Below, piece by piece: positions 45,323 through 53,978 of a stretch of 61,073 nt of DNA. This stretch comes from an uncultured Planctomycetales bacterium (lineage in GTDB: Bacteria; Planctomycetota; Phycisphaerae; SM23-33; FEN-1343). The stretch covers positions 1 to 61,073 of the forward strand of contig CAZHRW010000169.1 in assembly GCA_964535025.1 (NCBI GenBank), written 5' to 3'. The position numbers and the translations under genes were made by a program. Under the pieces are notes generated by a model. That model was not told where the DNA came from. It searched no databases and was given only the letters and a program-made list of their open reading frames with translations. Every line of letters begins with the position of its first letter. Position 1 is the stretch's first letter.

Positions 45323-46663
45323 ATGCTGCCAGCGATGCGACATTACGCCCGAGGCGTCTGCTGGCCGATCCCGGCGGCAATGGCGGCGCTGATGACCATC
45401 AGCGTCCTGTCGGTCCACCTGGCCGAGCAGGTGGACGGCAGCCTGGCCGGGTTCGCCGTCAAGCAGGCGGTCTTCGCGTGCGTGGCGGCGGTGGGGTTCG
45501 TCGCGGCGTCGGCGGTGCACTACCAGCGGATCGGCCGTGCCGGCTACCTGCTGGCGGCCGTCACGCTGGGGCTGCTGGTCGCCGTCTTCGCCTTCCCGGC
45601 CGTCAACGGCAGCCACCGGTGGATCCCGGTGCCCGGCGTGGCGAAGTTCCAGCCGTCCGAGCTGGCCAAGCTGGTGACGATCATCACACTGGCGTGGTAC
45701 CTGCGGTACCGCAAGAACACCCGGCGGCTGGGGGGGCTGGTGGCGCCGTTTGTGATGACGCTGGTGCCGCTGGCGCTGATCCTCGCCGAGCCCGACCTGG
45801 GCACGGCGCTGCTGCTGCTGCCGACGCTGATGGCGATGCTGCTGCTGGCCGGGGCGCGGGTGCGGCACTTCCTGGTGATCGTCGGCCTCGGCGCGGGGGT
45901 GGTTCTCTGGCCGGTGCCCCGCGGCGTGGACGGCGAGTCGTTCGACCGGCAGCGCGACCGGTTCGTCGCGTCGCGCGTGGGGCCGGTCACCGTCTACGCC
46001 GTCGACGAGCGCCTGGGCTGGTGGGACCGGCCGGTGGTGCCGATCGCGTACTGTCGCGTGCGGATCGGCGACGGACGGCCTTACGACATTCAGCCGCTGT
46101 CGCTGTGGTTCATGGAGCGCCGCGGCCGCGGCAGCTACCAGGTCCAGCGGATCAGCGGATGGCTGCGGCAGGGCGACCCGCGGATCCGCGCCGGCACGGG
46201 CTACCAGCAGTACTGGTCGACGATGATCCTCGGCTCGGGTCAATGGGTCGGGCGGGGGACGTGGCGCTCGACGCACGCGTACTTCAGCATGCTGCCCGAC
46301 GACCACACCGACTTCATCTTCGCCGTCATCGGCGGGCAATGGGGGTTCGTCGGCTGCGCGACGGTGCTGGCGTTGTACGGGGTGATCTTCCTGTTCGGCG
46401 CCGATGTCGCCGCCTCCACGCGGGACCCCTTCGGCCGCCTGCTGGCGGCGGGGGTGCTGGCCCTGCTGGCGGCGCAGATCTTCATCAACATCGGCATGAC
46501 CACCGGGCTGATGCCCGTCACCGGCATGACCCTCCCGATGATCAGCTACGGCGGGTCCAGCCTGTTGGTCAACGGCGTGGCGCTGGGCCTGCTGGTCAAC
46601 GTCGGCCGTCACCGGCCCCGCTCGCTGGCGCCGATACCCTTTGAGTTCGATGACAAGGCGTGA
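45323..46663 (+). CDS. rodA: peptidoglycan glycosyltransferase RodA (SEDS family) with an enlarged periplasmic loop
   Basis: SELAKLV, DHTDFIFAVIGGQWGFVG, and TGMTLPMISYGGSSLL motifs. It is 446 aa against about 370 typical. Confidence 0.92.
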   Translation: MLPAMRHYARGVCWPIPAAMAALMTISVLSVHLAEQVDGSLAGFAVKQAVFACVAAVGFVAASAVHYQRIGRAGYLLAAVTLGLLVAVFAFPAVNGSHRWIPVPGVAKFQPSELAKLVTIITLAWYLRYRKNTRRLGGLVAPFVMTLVPLALILAEPDLGTALLLLPTLMAMLLLAGARVRHFLVIVGLGAGVVLWPVPRGVDGESFDRQRDRFVASRVGPVTVYAVDERLGWWDRPVVPIAYCRVRIGDGRPYDIQPLSLWFMERRGRGSYQVQRISGWLRQGDPRIRAGTGYQQYWSTMILGSGQWVGRGTWRSTHAYFSMLPDDHTDFIFAVIGGQWGFVGCATVLALYGVIFLFGADVAASTRDPFGRLLAAGVLALLAAQIFINIGMTTGLMPVTGMTLPMISYGGSSLLVNGVALGLLVNVGRHRPRSLAPIPFEFDDKA

Positions 46664-46697
46664 TAGGCTTGCCGGCCGGCTATAGGAGGACGCTGAG

Positions 46698-47090
46698 CTA
46701 GTGCAGTTGCTGGGCCCAGAGGAACGCCAGGACGACGTAGAGCGTGCACACGCACCAGCAGGCCAGCTCGACCACCCGGCGGGTGCGATAGGTGAAGAAG
46801 ATCGCCGCGGCGAACGACACGAGCGACACCTTGAACAGGACCATCAGGATCGGACGGTCCATCAGCGGCCGTGCGACGGGGTTGGCCTCCTCGAACAGGC
46901 CGTGATGGCGGACGGCGATCGTGCAGGTCAGGTCGAAGGCGTTGAGCATCGCCAGCAGGACCAGCAGGAGCATCACCCGCCGGGCGCGCAGGCGGCCGGG
47001 CTCGCCGGGCGCTCGGCGAAGCAGCGACTGGATGAGCGCCGGCAGGGCTGCCGGGCTGTCATCCGATCGGGCGCGGGCCGGGAATGCCAT
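46698..47090 (-). CDS. DUF5658-like small membrane protein
   Basis: LLAMLNAFDLTCTIAVRHHGLFEEANPVARPL.. pattern with three TM helices. Start taken at MAFPARA. Confidence 0.55.
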   Translation of the reverse strand: MAFPARARSDDSPAALPALIQSLLRRAPGEPGRLRARRVMLLLVLLAMLNAFDLTCTIAVRHHGLFEEANPVARPLMDRPILMVLFKVSLVSFAAAIFFTYRTRRVVELACWCVCTLYVVLAFLWAQQLH

Positions 47091-47142
47091 GGGAGACTTA
47101 TCGTCACACATCGGGCACCTGTTGACTAACAGCATTCTAGAC

Positions 47143-48030
47143 ATGAACTTTTCCCAACCCCACCCCGCCGCCGCCGCTTCATCGGTGGAGGTGCTGCCGT
47201 TGGCGCTGCGGGACGCCACGTCGCCGCTGGTGGTCTTCCGCCCCGGCGGCGACGCCCCGGCCCGGCCGCCGGTGGTCCTGCTGCACGGCATCGCCAGCCA
47301 CCCCGGGTGGTTCGAGACCGCCGCCCGGACGCTAGCCGCCGCCGGCCACACGGTTTACAGCGTTACCCGTCGCGGCAGCGGCGCCAACACCGACGACCGC
47401 GGGCATGCCCGGTCGGTCGGTGCGTTGCTCGACGACCTCGACCGGGCCGTCGCGGCCGCGCTCGCCGACAGCGGCCGCGAACGGATTCACCTGCTGGGCA
47501 TCAGTTGGGGCGGCAAGTATGCCCTCTGCTGGGCGCTCGATCCGGCCCGCCGGCGACGGCTGGAGACGATGGTGCTCGTCGCGCCGGGCCTGGCGCCGCG
47601 GGTGACACTGCCGCTGGAGCTCCGCCTGGCGGTCGCGGCCTGCGCGGTGGTGCGGCCCCGCCGGCGGTTTCCCATCCCCCTCAACGACCCGGCCCTGTTC
47701 ACCGACACGCCCGACCGGCGGCGGTTCATCGCCGACGACCCGCACCGGCTCACCCGCGCCACCGCGCGGTTCCTGGCCGTCAGTCACCTGATGGATCGGC
47801 GCCTGGCCGCCGCCGCGGACGGGACGATCAAGACGCCGACCACGCTGCTGCTGGCCGACCGCGACCGGATCATCGACAACCGCGCCACCGAAGCGATGCT
47901 CGAGCGCCTCACCGGCGGCCGCCTGACCACCCGCGTGCTGGCCGGGGCGCACACGCTGGAATTCGAACCCGATCCGACCGCCTACCTCGACGCCCTCCGA
48001 GCGGCCGTTGATCCGGACAACCCCGAGTGA
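47143..48030 (+). CDS. alpha/beta hydrolase (lysophospholipase/monoacylglycerol-lipase-like)
   Basis: VVLLHGIASHPGWF, nucleophile elbow GISWGG, and a C-terminal GAHTLEFE (His). Confidence 0.8.
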   Translation: MNFSQPHPAAAASSVEVLPLALRDATSPLVVFRPGGDAPARPPVVLLHGIASHPGWFETAARTLAAAGHTVYSVTRRGSGANTDDRGHARSVGALLDDLDRAVAAALADSGRERIHLLGISWGGKYALCWALDPARRRRLETMVLVAPGLAPRVTLPLELRLAVAACAVVRPRRRFPIPLNDPALFTDTPDRRRFIADDPHRLTRATARFLAVSHLMDRRLAAAADGTIKTPTTLLLADRDRIIDNRATEAMLERLTGGRLTTRVLAGAHTLEFEPDPTAYLDALRAAVDPDNPE

Positions 48031-48034
48031 CCCC

Positions 48035-49171
48035 ATGACGCCGCGCCAACGCCTTCAAACCGTCCTGGCCGGAGACCTCCCCGACTGCGTGCCCGCCTCG
48101 CCGGACACGTCGAACATGATCCCCTGCCGCCTGACGGGCAAGCCCTTCTGGGACCTGTACCTGTACAACGACCCGCCGCCGTGGGAGGCGTACATCGCCT
48201 GCGCGAAGCATTTCGACTTCGACGCCCTGATGGATGGGTACTTCCCGCTGCGGTTCGACGAGGACGTCCCCGCCGTCCGCCCCCCGGTCGAGCGGTTCAT
48301 TGTCGCGCGGACGCCCGAGCGGATCATCACGCAGGAGGCGTGGAGGGACGACGGCAGGCGCCGCTGGGCCGATACCGTCACTGTTTACTACGTCGGCGAC
48401 CCGCCGTCGCGGGGCGTGGCGCCGGCGAAGGTGGGCCTGCCGCCCGTGCCGCGGCGGTACGAGCCCGTCGAGGGCGTCAAGTGGGTGGATCTCGGCCCGG
48501 CGGGCCTGACGCGGGTCAAGCGGCTCATGGGCGACCAGGGCCTCGTGGGCGTCTCCGTCTGCAGCTCGCTGGCGTTCAGCGGCGAGGAGGGCATCTTCCG
48601 TTACTTCGACAACCCCGACAAGCACGACCGGTGGGCCGCCGAGCGGATCGAGGCCGCCGAGCGCCGCTTCGCGCGGATCATGGCCCTCGACGACAAGCCC
48701 GACTTCCTCTGCGTCGGCGCGTCGGGCACGCTGGTGTTCCAGACGGTCGACATGTTCCGCAAGGTGGCCTTCCCGGCCGTCAAGCGGATCATCGAGCTGG
48801 CCACCGCCGCCGGCATGCCCACCCACGTGCACTCGTGCGGCCCGGAGGCCGACCTGGTGAGGATCTTCGCCGAGGAGACTTCCCTGACCGTCATTGACCC
48901 GCTGGAAATCCCCCCCATGGGCGACTGCGACCTGGCCGACCTCAAGCGCCGCTACGGCGACAGCCTCGTCCTCAAGGGCAACCTGCACACCACCGACGTC
49001 ATGCTTCGCGGCAGCGTCGACGACGTCGTTGCCGCCAGCCGTCGGGCCATCGACGACACCGCGACCGGCGGGCGGTTCATCCTCTCCACCGGCGACCAGT
49101 GCGGCCGTGACACGCCCGACGCCAACCTGCGGGCGATGATCGAGACGGCCCGCACGTACGGGGCCTACTGA
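48035..49171 (+). CDS. uroporphyrinogen decarboxylase (URO-D) family protein
   Basis: MTPRQRLQTVLAGDLPDCVP start typical of URO-D/MtaA-like proteins, then HSCG, LKGNLHTTDVMLRGSVDDV and RFILSTGDQCGRDTPDANLRAMIE. Confidence 0.72.
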   Translation: MTPRQRLQTVLAGDLPDCVPASPDTSNMIPCRLTGKPFWDLYLYNDPPPWEAYIACAKHFDFDALMDGYFPLRFDEDVPAVRPPVERFIVARTPERIITQEAWRDDGRRRWADTVTVYYVGDPPSRGVAPAKVGLPPVPRRYEPVEGVKWVDLGPAGLTRVKRLMGDQGLVGVSVCSSLAFSGEEGIFRYFDNPDKHDRWAAERIEAAERRFARIMALDDKPDFLCVGASGTLVFQTVDMFRKVAFPAVKRIIELATAAGMPTHVHSCGPEADLVRIFAEETSLTVIDPLEIPPMGDCDLADLKRRYGDSLVLKGNLHTTDVMLRGSVDDVVAASRRAIDDTATGGRFILSTGDQCGRDTPDANLRAMIETARTYGAY

Positions 49172-49186
49172 GCCGGACCCGGGGCC

Positions 49187-50371
49187 CTAAGCCTCGCCGA
49201 CCACCTCGCTCACATCCGCCACGTACATCCGGCGGCGGCCTTCGTGCAGCGAATCGAAGCAGACCCGCGTGCCGGTGCGGTCCCAGCGGGGGTGGAGGTC
49301 GCAGCGGATCTCACCTTTCATCTCCGGCGGGGAGTAGTACCGACCGATGATGACCTTGGTATTGTCGGCCATGCGGTAGAGGATCAGCTCCCGCTGGTGC
49401 GTCTCGGCGCGGGGATAGCTGTCGGTGAGCATCCACCGGCGGTCGGGCGAGAACGAGCAGTGGCCGTCGCAGTCGAGTACGTCGGTGCCGAGCGGCTCGG
49501 CCGACCCGTCGCGGTCGTCCCAGGTGTAATAGTGCCGCTCGGGGCTGACGGCGCCGGCGATGCCCCAGCCGGTGATGTGGCGGGCATCCCGCCAGTCGAA
49601 GTGGCTCATGACCCCGTCGTCGACGATGATCCGCGCGTCGCTGCCGTCCGGTGCGGCGGTGAGCAGGCGGGTGAACCACGTGCGGTCCACGCCGGGGCGC
49701 TTCCAGCGGTGGAGGACCGCGAAGCGGGTATCGTCGGTGTTGAACTGCATGTGGTTGACCCAGTGGACCGCCCCGTCCATGGTGTCCCTGGGCTTCAGCG
49801 CGGCCAGGTCGGCCAGGGAAAGGATCAGCTCGTGCTCGCCGGTGGTCAGATCCATCCGCCACAGCCCGTCGTCGTCCGGGCAGAGCACCCCGGCGGTGGG
49901 GTTGGGGGCGGTGACGTAGCCGTACCCCGGGCGGGTGACGTGGACGCGGCCGAAGTTCAGGCTGATCGCCTGCATGCCGTCGCGACTGAGACAGTAGGTC
50001 CCCCGCGGCAGCGTGCGGGTGGCACCGTCGGCCACGTCCAGCAGGCGGGTGACGACGACGCCGTCCTCGAGATCGTTATAGACGATCCGGCGGTCATACG
50101 CCGGGGGAAGCCACTGGAGCATGCACGACTGCTGCCAGTTCCACGCCCGCGTCGTGCCCACCGTCCGCCAGGCGCAGCCGTCTGCGGTGTCGATTATCCC
50201 GATCCGCGCCACGTCGCCCGGCCGCTGCGGGCGGTCGAAGAACTCCGCCTCCAGCGCCAGCAGGTGCCGCCCCGATGCGTCCCACGGGCTGACGTTGTAG
50301 TATCCGAAATAATACTCCCCCGGCCCGCCCGTCACGGCCTCGGCGGGGACGGCATGGTCGATCGACGGCAT
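49187..50371 (-). CDS. hypothetical beta-propeller-like protein (TolB/oligogalacturonide-lyase-like repeats)
   Basis: Repeated beta-strand/Asp-Gly blades (SFSPDRRWML, CDLHPRWDRTGTRVCFDS). No signal peptide was seen. Confidence 0.5.
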   Translation of the reverse strand: MPSIDHAVPAEAVTGGPGEYYFGYYNVSPWDASGRHLLALEAEFFDRPQRPGDVARIGIIDTADGCAWRTVGTTRAWNWQQSCMLQWLPPAYDRRIVYNDLEDGVVVTRLLDVADGATRTLPRGTYCLSRDGMQAISLNFGRVHVTRPGYGYVTAPNPTAGVLCPDDDGLWRMDLTTGEHELILSLADLAALKPRDTMDGAVHWVNHMQFNTDDTRFAVLHRWKRPGVDRTWFTRLLTAAPDGSDARIIVDDGVMSHFDWRDARHITGWGIAGAVSPERHYYTWDDRDGSAEPLGTDVLDCDGHCSFSPDRRWMLTDSYPRAETHQRELILYRMADNTKVIIGRYYSPPEMKGEIRCDLHPRWDRTGTRVCFDSLHEGRRRMYVADVSEVVGEA

Positions 50372-50476
50372 GGGCGATCCTCTCGCAGGTGGATGACCTC
50401 GTCACCAGAGCGAGAGGATAACCCCCCCGCCAGCCGATATCCAACAAGGAATCCACCATCCAGGTCAACGGCGAAC

Positions 50477-50504
50477 GGCGCTGACGCATCGACGCGTCAG
50501 TGCC
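50477..50504 (-). terminator. possible hairpin terminator after the Hsp20 pair (no U-tract)
   Basis: GGCGCTGACGC-ATCGAC-GCGTCAGTGCC: a 7-bp perfect core plus 3 bp, 48 nt downstream of the second hsp20 stop. Confidence 0.25.
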
Positions 50505-50551
50505 GTTGCCGTTCACGTGGACAGTCGACATTCCTGTTCGATCGCCGCTGT

Positions 50552-50956
50552 CTACTTGACTTCGATCCGTTTGCGTCGCGGCTGCTTTCGCGGCAGCGTG
50601 AGGGTGAGGACACCGTTGTTCATCTTCGCCTCGATCCCGTCGTGGTCGATCGCGTCGGGAACCGAGAACACGCGATGGTAGTTGCCGACGTCGTACTCGG
50701 CGTAGGCGGCGCCTTCGCGACGATAGTCATCCCCGACGGTGCCGCGAACGGTCAGCACGCCGTTGTCGAGCGTTACCTCCACACCGTCGGGCTTCACGCC
50801 CGGCATGTCGGCGGTCAGGACGATCGCCTCGTCCGTCTCGCGGATATCCGTCGGGGGCACGAACACGCGGCCTTCGCGTGTCGGCTCCACACCCTGCTGC
50901 TGCAGCTCGGTATCGCTGTTCTTCTCGATGTTGTGTTCCATAGTCGCTTCAGCCAT
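50552..50956 (-). CDS. Hsp20/alpha-crystallin small heat-shock protein
   Basis: PPTDIRETDEAIVLTADMPGVKPDGVEVTLDNGVLTVRG ... IEAKMNNGVLTLTLPR. CAGGAGGTGC RBS. Confidence 0.92.
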   Translation of the reverse strand: MAEATMEHNIEKNSDTELQQQGVEPTREGRVFVPPTDIRETDEAIVLTADMPGVKPDGVEVTLDNGVLTVRGTVGDDYRREGAAYAEYDVGNYHRVFSVPDAIDHDGIEAKMNNGVLTLTLPRKQPRRKRIEVK

Positions 50957-51001
50957 GATTGCACCTCCTGGCGAGACTGGTTGCCTTGTGACTGTCCCCA
51001 T

Positions 51002-51433
51002 TCAAGCCTGCACCGTGATCCGTTTGGGCTGGGCGGCCTCGTGGCGGCGGACATGGATCTCCAGCACACCGTCGCGGCAGGTCGCCTCGACATGGTCCGG
51101 GTCGGGGTCGAAGGGCAGATCGATGCTGCGGGCGAAGCGGCCGAAGGCCCGCTCGCGGCGGTGCCATGTGTCGCCCTCGCCGCCCTGGTCGCCGACCCGC
51201 TCGCCGCGAACCGTCAGCGAACGGTGGCTCACGCTCACGTCCAGGTCCGCCGGGTCCACCCCGGGCAGCTCCATCGTGACCACGGCGCCGTCGGGCTCGT
51301 TGTACACGTTCACCGGCGGAAACGCCGCGGCCCGCCCGCCGCCGAACTGGCCCAGCAGACGGCTCATCTGTCGCTCCATGTCCTGGAGCACACGCCACGG
51401 ATTCCACAACCCTTGCCATCCGAAACCGTTCAT
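51002..51433 (-). CDS. Hsp20/alpha-crystallin small heat-shock protein
   Basis: PPVNVYNEPDGAVVTMELPGVDPADLDVSVSHRSLTVRGER ... VEATCRDGVLEIHV. CAGGAGGTGC RBS. Confidence 0.9.
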   Translation of the reverse strand: MNGFGWQGLWNPWRVLQDMERQMSRLLGQFGGGRAAAFPPVNVYNEPDGAVVTMELPGVDPADLDVSVSHRSLTVRGERVGDQGGEGDTWHRRERAFGRFARSIDLPFDPDPDHVEATCRDGVLEIHVRRHEAAQPKRITVQA

Positions 51434-51492
51434 CGCGCACCTCCTGTTGATCATTCCTGCATGCTCGTTCACACGACTCTCACCCATCACTA

Positions 51493-51508
51493 AGCAATCG
51501 CCGTGCCA
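51493..51508 (-). promoter_or_regulatory. sigma54 (-24/-12) promoter upstream of the hsp20 pair
   Basis: Minus strand reads TGGCACGGCGATTGCT, matching TGGCACG-N4-TTGCW exactly. It lies 60 nt upstream of ATG 51433. Confidence 0.6.
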
Positions 51509-51623
51509 CGACGCCACCCGGCAGGCGGGCAGCAGTGCGGGCCCTCTCTACGCCATTAACTTGCCTTGCGTTACGAGCGAAACGCCGCCGAGGTCCAGCT
51601 CCGCGGCCGCTCCCGCGCAACAC

Positions 51624-51637
51624 GGCACCAAGGTGCC
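51624..51637. promoter_or_regulatory. perfect 14-bp palindrome GGCACCAAGGTGCC (possible enhancer-binding-protein site)
   Basis: Lies about 115 nt upstream of the -24 element. Confidence 0.35.
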
Positions 51638-51801
51638 ATCCTGGCAGTGAGGGCCGGCCGAACGCGAACCGGGCGTGGCTCGTCCCCGTATAAGTCCCCG
51701 GACGACCGCCGCCGGGGGCGGCCTGGTCGTTGCCGTCATCGTGATTCGCTTGCTTTGCGGCGGAACCACCGCCGGTGCGTTGTCGAAGCGGAGGTAAGAC
51801 C

Positions 51802-52062
51802 ATGGGCAAGGTCACGAGCACGATCTACACCGCCATCTACCTCGTCGTGGGCGGCGCGATCCTGGCGATCGGGGCGCAGGTCGCGGCGGCGGCGTGGGCG
51901 CTGCTGGCCCTGGCGGCGGCGATGGCCACCCTGCTGGCGGCCGCCGGCGACCGCCTCGATGCCATGGCCGGCCAGCACTACGACGCCGGCGCCGCCGGCG
52001 GTCGGGCGAGTGGCATCCGGCGCCCGGACACAGACCGGCACTTCGGTCGCCCGGCGGCGTGA
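51802..52062 (+). CDS. small two-TM membrane protein (86 aa)
   Basis: GGAGG RBS 7 nt upstream of the ATG. Sequence MGKVTSTIYTAIYLVVGGAILAIGAQVAAAAWALLALAAAMATLLAAAG. Confidence 0.5.
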   Translation: MGKVTSTIYTAIYLVVGGAILAIGAQVAAAAWALLALAAAMATLLAAAGDRLDAMAGQHYDAGAAGGRASGIRRPDTDRHFGRPAA

Positions 52063-52189
52063 TCGGACGCGTTGTCGGGCTCTCACTTGCTTGATCGTCG
52101 GCGCCAAACCCCCACGCCGCTTCGGCGCTGCGCCCTTGCATCGCGGCGGCCGTCTGGGTATCCCTGGACGGTCCACGAAGGAGGTAGCG

Positions 52190-53278
52190 ATGGCTATCGG
52201 GTTTACCGCGGCGCGTTGGGAGACCATCCGACGGAATTACGGCGCCTGGTGGGACGGCACGCTGGACCGGCCGCTCATTCACGCGACGGTCGGCGGCCGC
52301 GACCCGGGCCGTCCGGAGCCGGACCTGCCGGCCCACGCGTTCGTGCCCTTCTACGATCCGTCCGTCCCGCCCGAGGCGATCGTCGACCGCTGGGACTACA
52401 ACCTGTCGACGGTGACGTACCTCGGCGATGCCTTCCCCTCGATCTGGCCGAACTACGGCGCCGGCGTCATCGCCGCGCTGCTGGGCTGCCGTCTCGACCC
52501 GCAGCTCGAGGGCAATACCGTCTGGTACCATCCGACCGAACAGCGCAAGGCGCCTGACCTGCACTTCCGTTACGACCCGGACACCCCCTGGCTCAAGCGG
52601 ATCAAGGCCGTGATGCAGGCGGCGATCGACCGCTGGCAGGGGGCGGTCCAGGTGGGCATGACCGACCTGGGCGGAAACCTCGACATCCTCTCCAGCTTTC
52701 GGCCGGGCGAGGCGCTGCTGCTGGACCTGTACGACTGCCCCGACGAGATCAAGCGCCTCACGTGGGAGGCCCACCAGCTGTGGCTGCGCTACTTCGCCGA
52801 GTTCGACGCCATCCTGCAGCCGACGAATCCCGGCTACACCGCCTGGACGCCGATCTTCTCCGAGCAGCCCTACTACATGCTCCAGTGCGACTTCTGCTAC
52901 ATGATCTCCCCGGCGATGTTCGACGAGTTCGTCAAGCCGGAGCTGGCGGCCACGTGCGCCAAGCTCGTCCACCCCTTCTACCACCTCGACGGTCCGGGCC
53001 AGTTGCCCCACCTCGATTCCCTGCTGGAGATCGAGGCCCTGTGCGGCGTCCAGTGGATCCCCGGCGCCGGCAGCCCGCCGATCAGCGAATGGCCCGAGGT
53101 CTTCCGCAAGATCCACGCCGCCGGCAAGCGGATCCAGATCTTCGGCACCCTCGACGACCTCGACATCATCGCCGACCAGCTCGGCACCGCCGAGGGGCTG
53201 ATCCTCATCACCGGCGGCCGCCGGCCCGATGACGAAGATCGCATTGCCGAAGGCCTGGAACGTTACGGGGCACTGTAA
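52190..53278 (+). CDS. URO-D-fold-like protein, distant paralogue of 48035..49171
   Basis: GAAGGAGG RBS. The C-terminal half (FYHLDGPGQ..LLEIEALCGVQWIPGAG..KRIQIFG) resembles the TIM-barrel end of URO-D/methyltransferase-like proteins. The assignment is weak. Confidence 0.5.
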   Translation: MAIGFTAARWETIRRNYGAWWDGTLDRPLIHATVGGRDPGRPEPDLPAHAFVPFYDPSVPPEAIVDRWDYNLSTVTYLGDAFPSIWPNYGAGVIAALLGCRLDPQLEGNTVWYHPTEQRKAPDLHFRYDPDTPWLKRIKAVMQAAIDRWQGAVQVGMTDLGGNLDILSSFRPGEALLLDLYDCPDEIKRLTWEAHQLWLRYFAEFDAILQPTNPGYTAWTPIFSEQPYYMLQCDFCYMISPAMFDEFVKPELAATCAKLVHPFYHLDGPGQLPHLDSLLEIEALCGVQWIPGAGSPPISEWPEVFRKIHAAGKRIQIFGTLDDLDIIADQLGTAEGLILITGGRRPDDEDRIAEGLERYGAL

Positions 53279-53306
53279 GCCGGCGGGCCGTCGCCGCGTG
53301 AGCGTC

Positions 53307-53972
53307 TTACGGGCTCATGTGGAGCCGGCGCCTGGCATCCTGGTAGTGCACGATGACCCCGTCGTTCAAGCCGGCCTTGAGCCAGTACCGCTCCGGCAGC
53401 GGCAGCCGCCCGGGGATATCGAAGCGGGGCGACTGCGGAACCGGCCCCATGCTCCAGACGGCGTACAGGACGGGGCTGGTCCGGGGGTCGCTGCAGTAGC
53501 GGCCCGTCTCGGCCTCGTCGTCGCCGAACCCGTCGGGGATCCACAGCGTGGCGGCGTTGGGCAGGATGGTCGACTCGTTCATGATCGCCGCCCCGACCGC
53601 CCGGTACCGGTAGGTCTGGTCCGGTACGAAGGGGTCGTACATCCGAACGACCTCGAGGTCGTTCTCGCGTCCGCTGGGCAGGAACGTGACCAACTCCACG
53701 GGCAGGTCGTAGGCCGTCCGGCTGCTGCAGGAAAACCGGGTGGGCGGCAGCTGATCGTCGTGGACCTGCCGGTACATCTCCACCGCCACCGTGATGCCGC
53801 GAAGCTCGGCGTGGGCCTTGGTGATCTTCGCCAACCGCCTCGCCCGAGCCACGGACGGCAGCAGGATGCCCGCCAGCAGCGCCATGATGGCGACCACGAT
53901 GAGCAGTTCAATCAACGTGAACCCCGTTCCGCGTGCAGCGCGTCGGCCGGTCATGGCGCCCTCGCTCGGCAT
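53307..53972 (-). CDS. prepilin-type N-terminal cleavage/methylation domain protein (type II pseudopilin, DUF1559-like)
   Basis: GFTLIELLIVVAIMALLAGILLPSVARAR. Confidence 0.85.
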   Translation of the reverse strand: MPSEGAMTGRRAARGTGFTLIELLIVVAIMALLAGILLPSVARARRLAKITKAHAELRGITVAVEMYRQVHDDQLPPTRFSCSSRTAYDLPVELVTFLPSGRENDLEVVRMYDPFVPDQTYRYRAVGAAIMNESTILPNAATLWIPDGFGDDEAETGRYCSDPRTSPVLYAVWSMGPVPQSPRFDIPGRLPLPERYWLKAGLNDGVIVHYQDARRRLHMSP

Positions 53973-53978
53973 CGCCCG

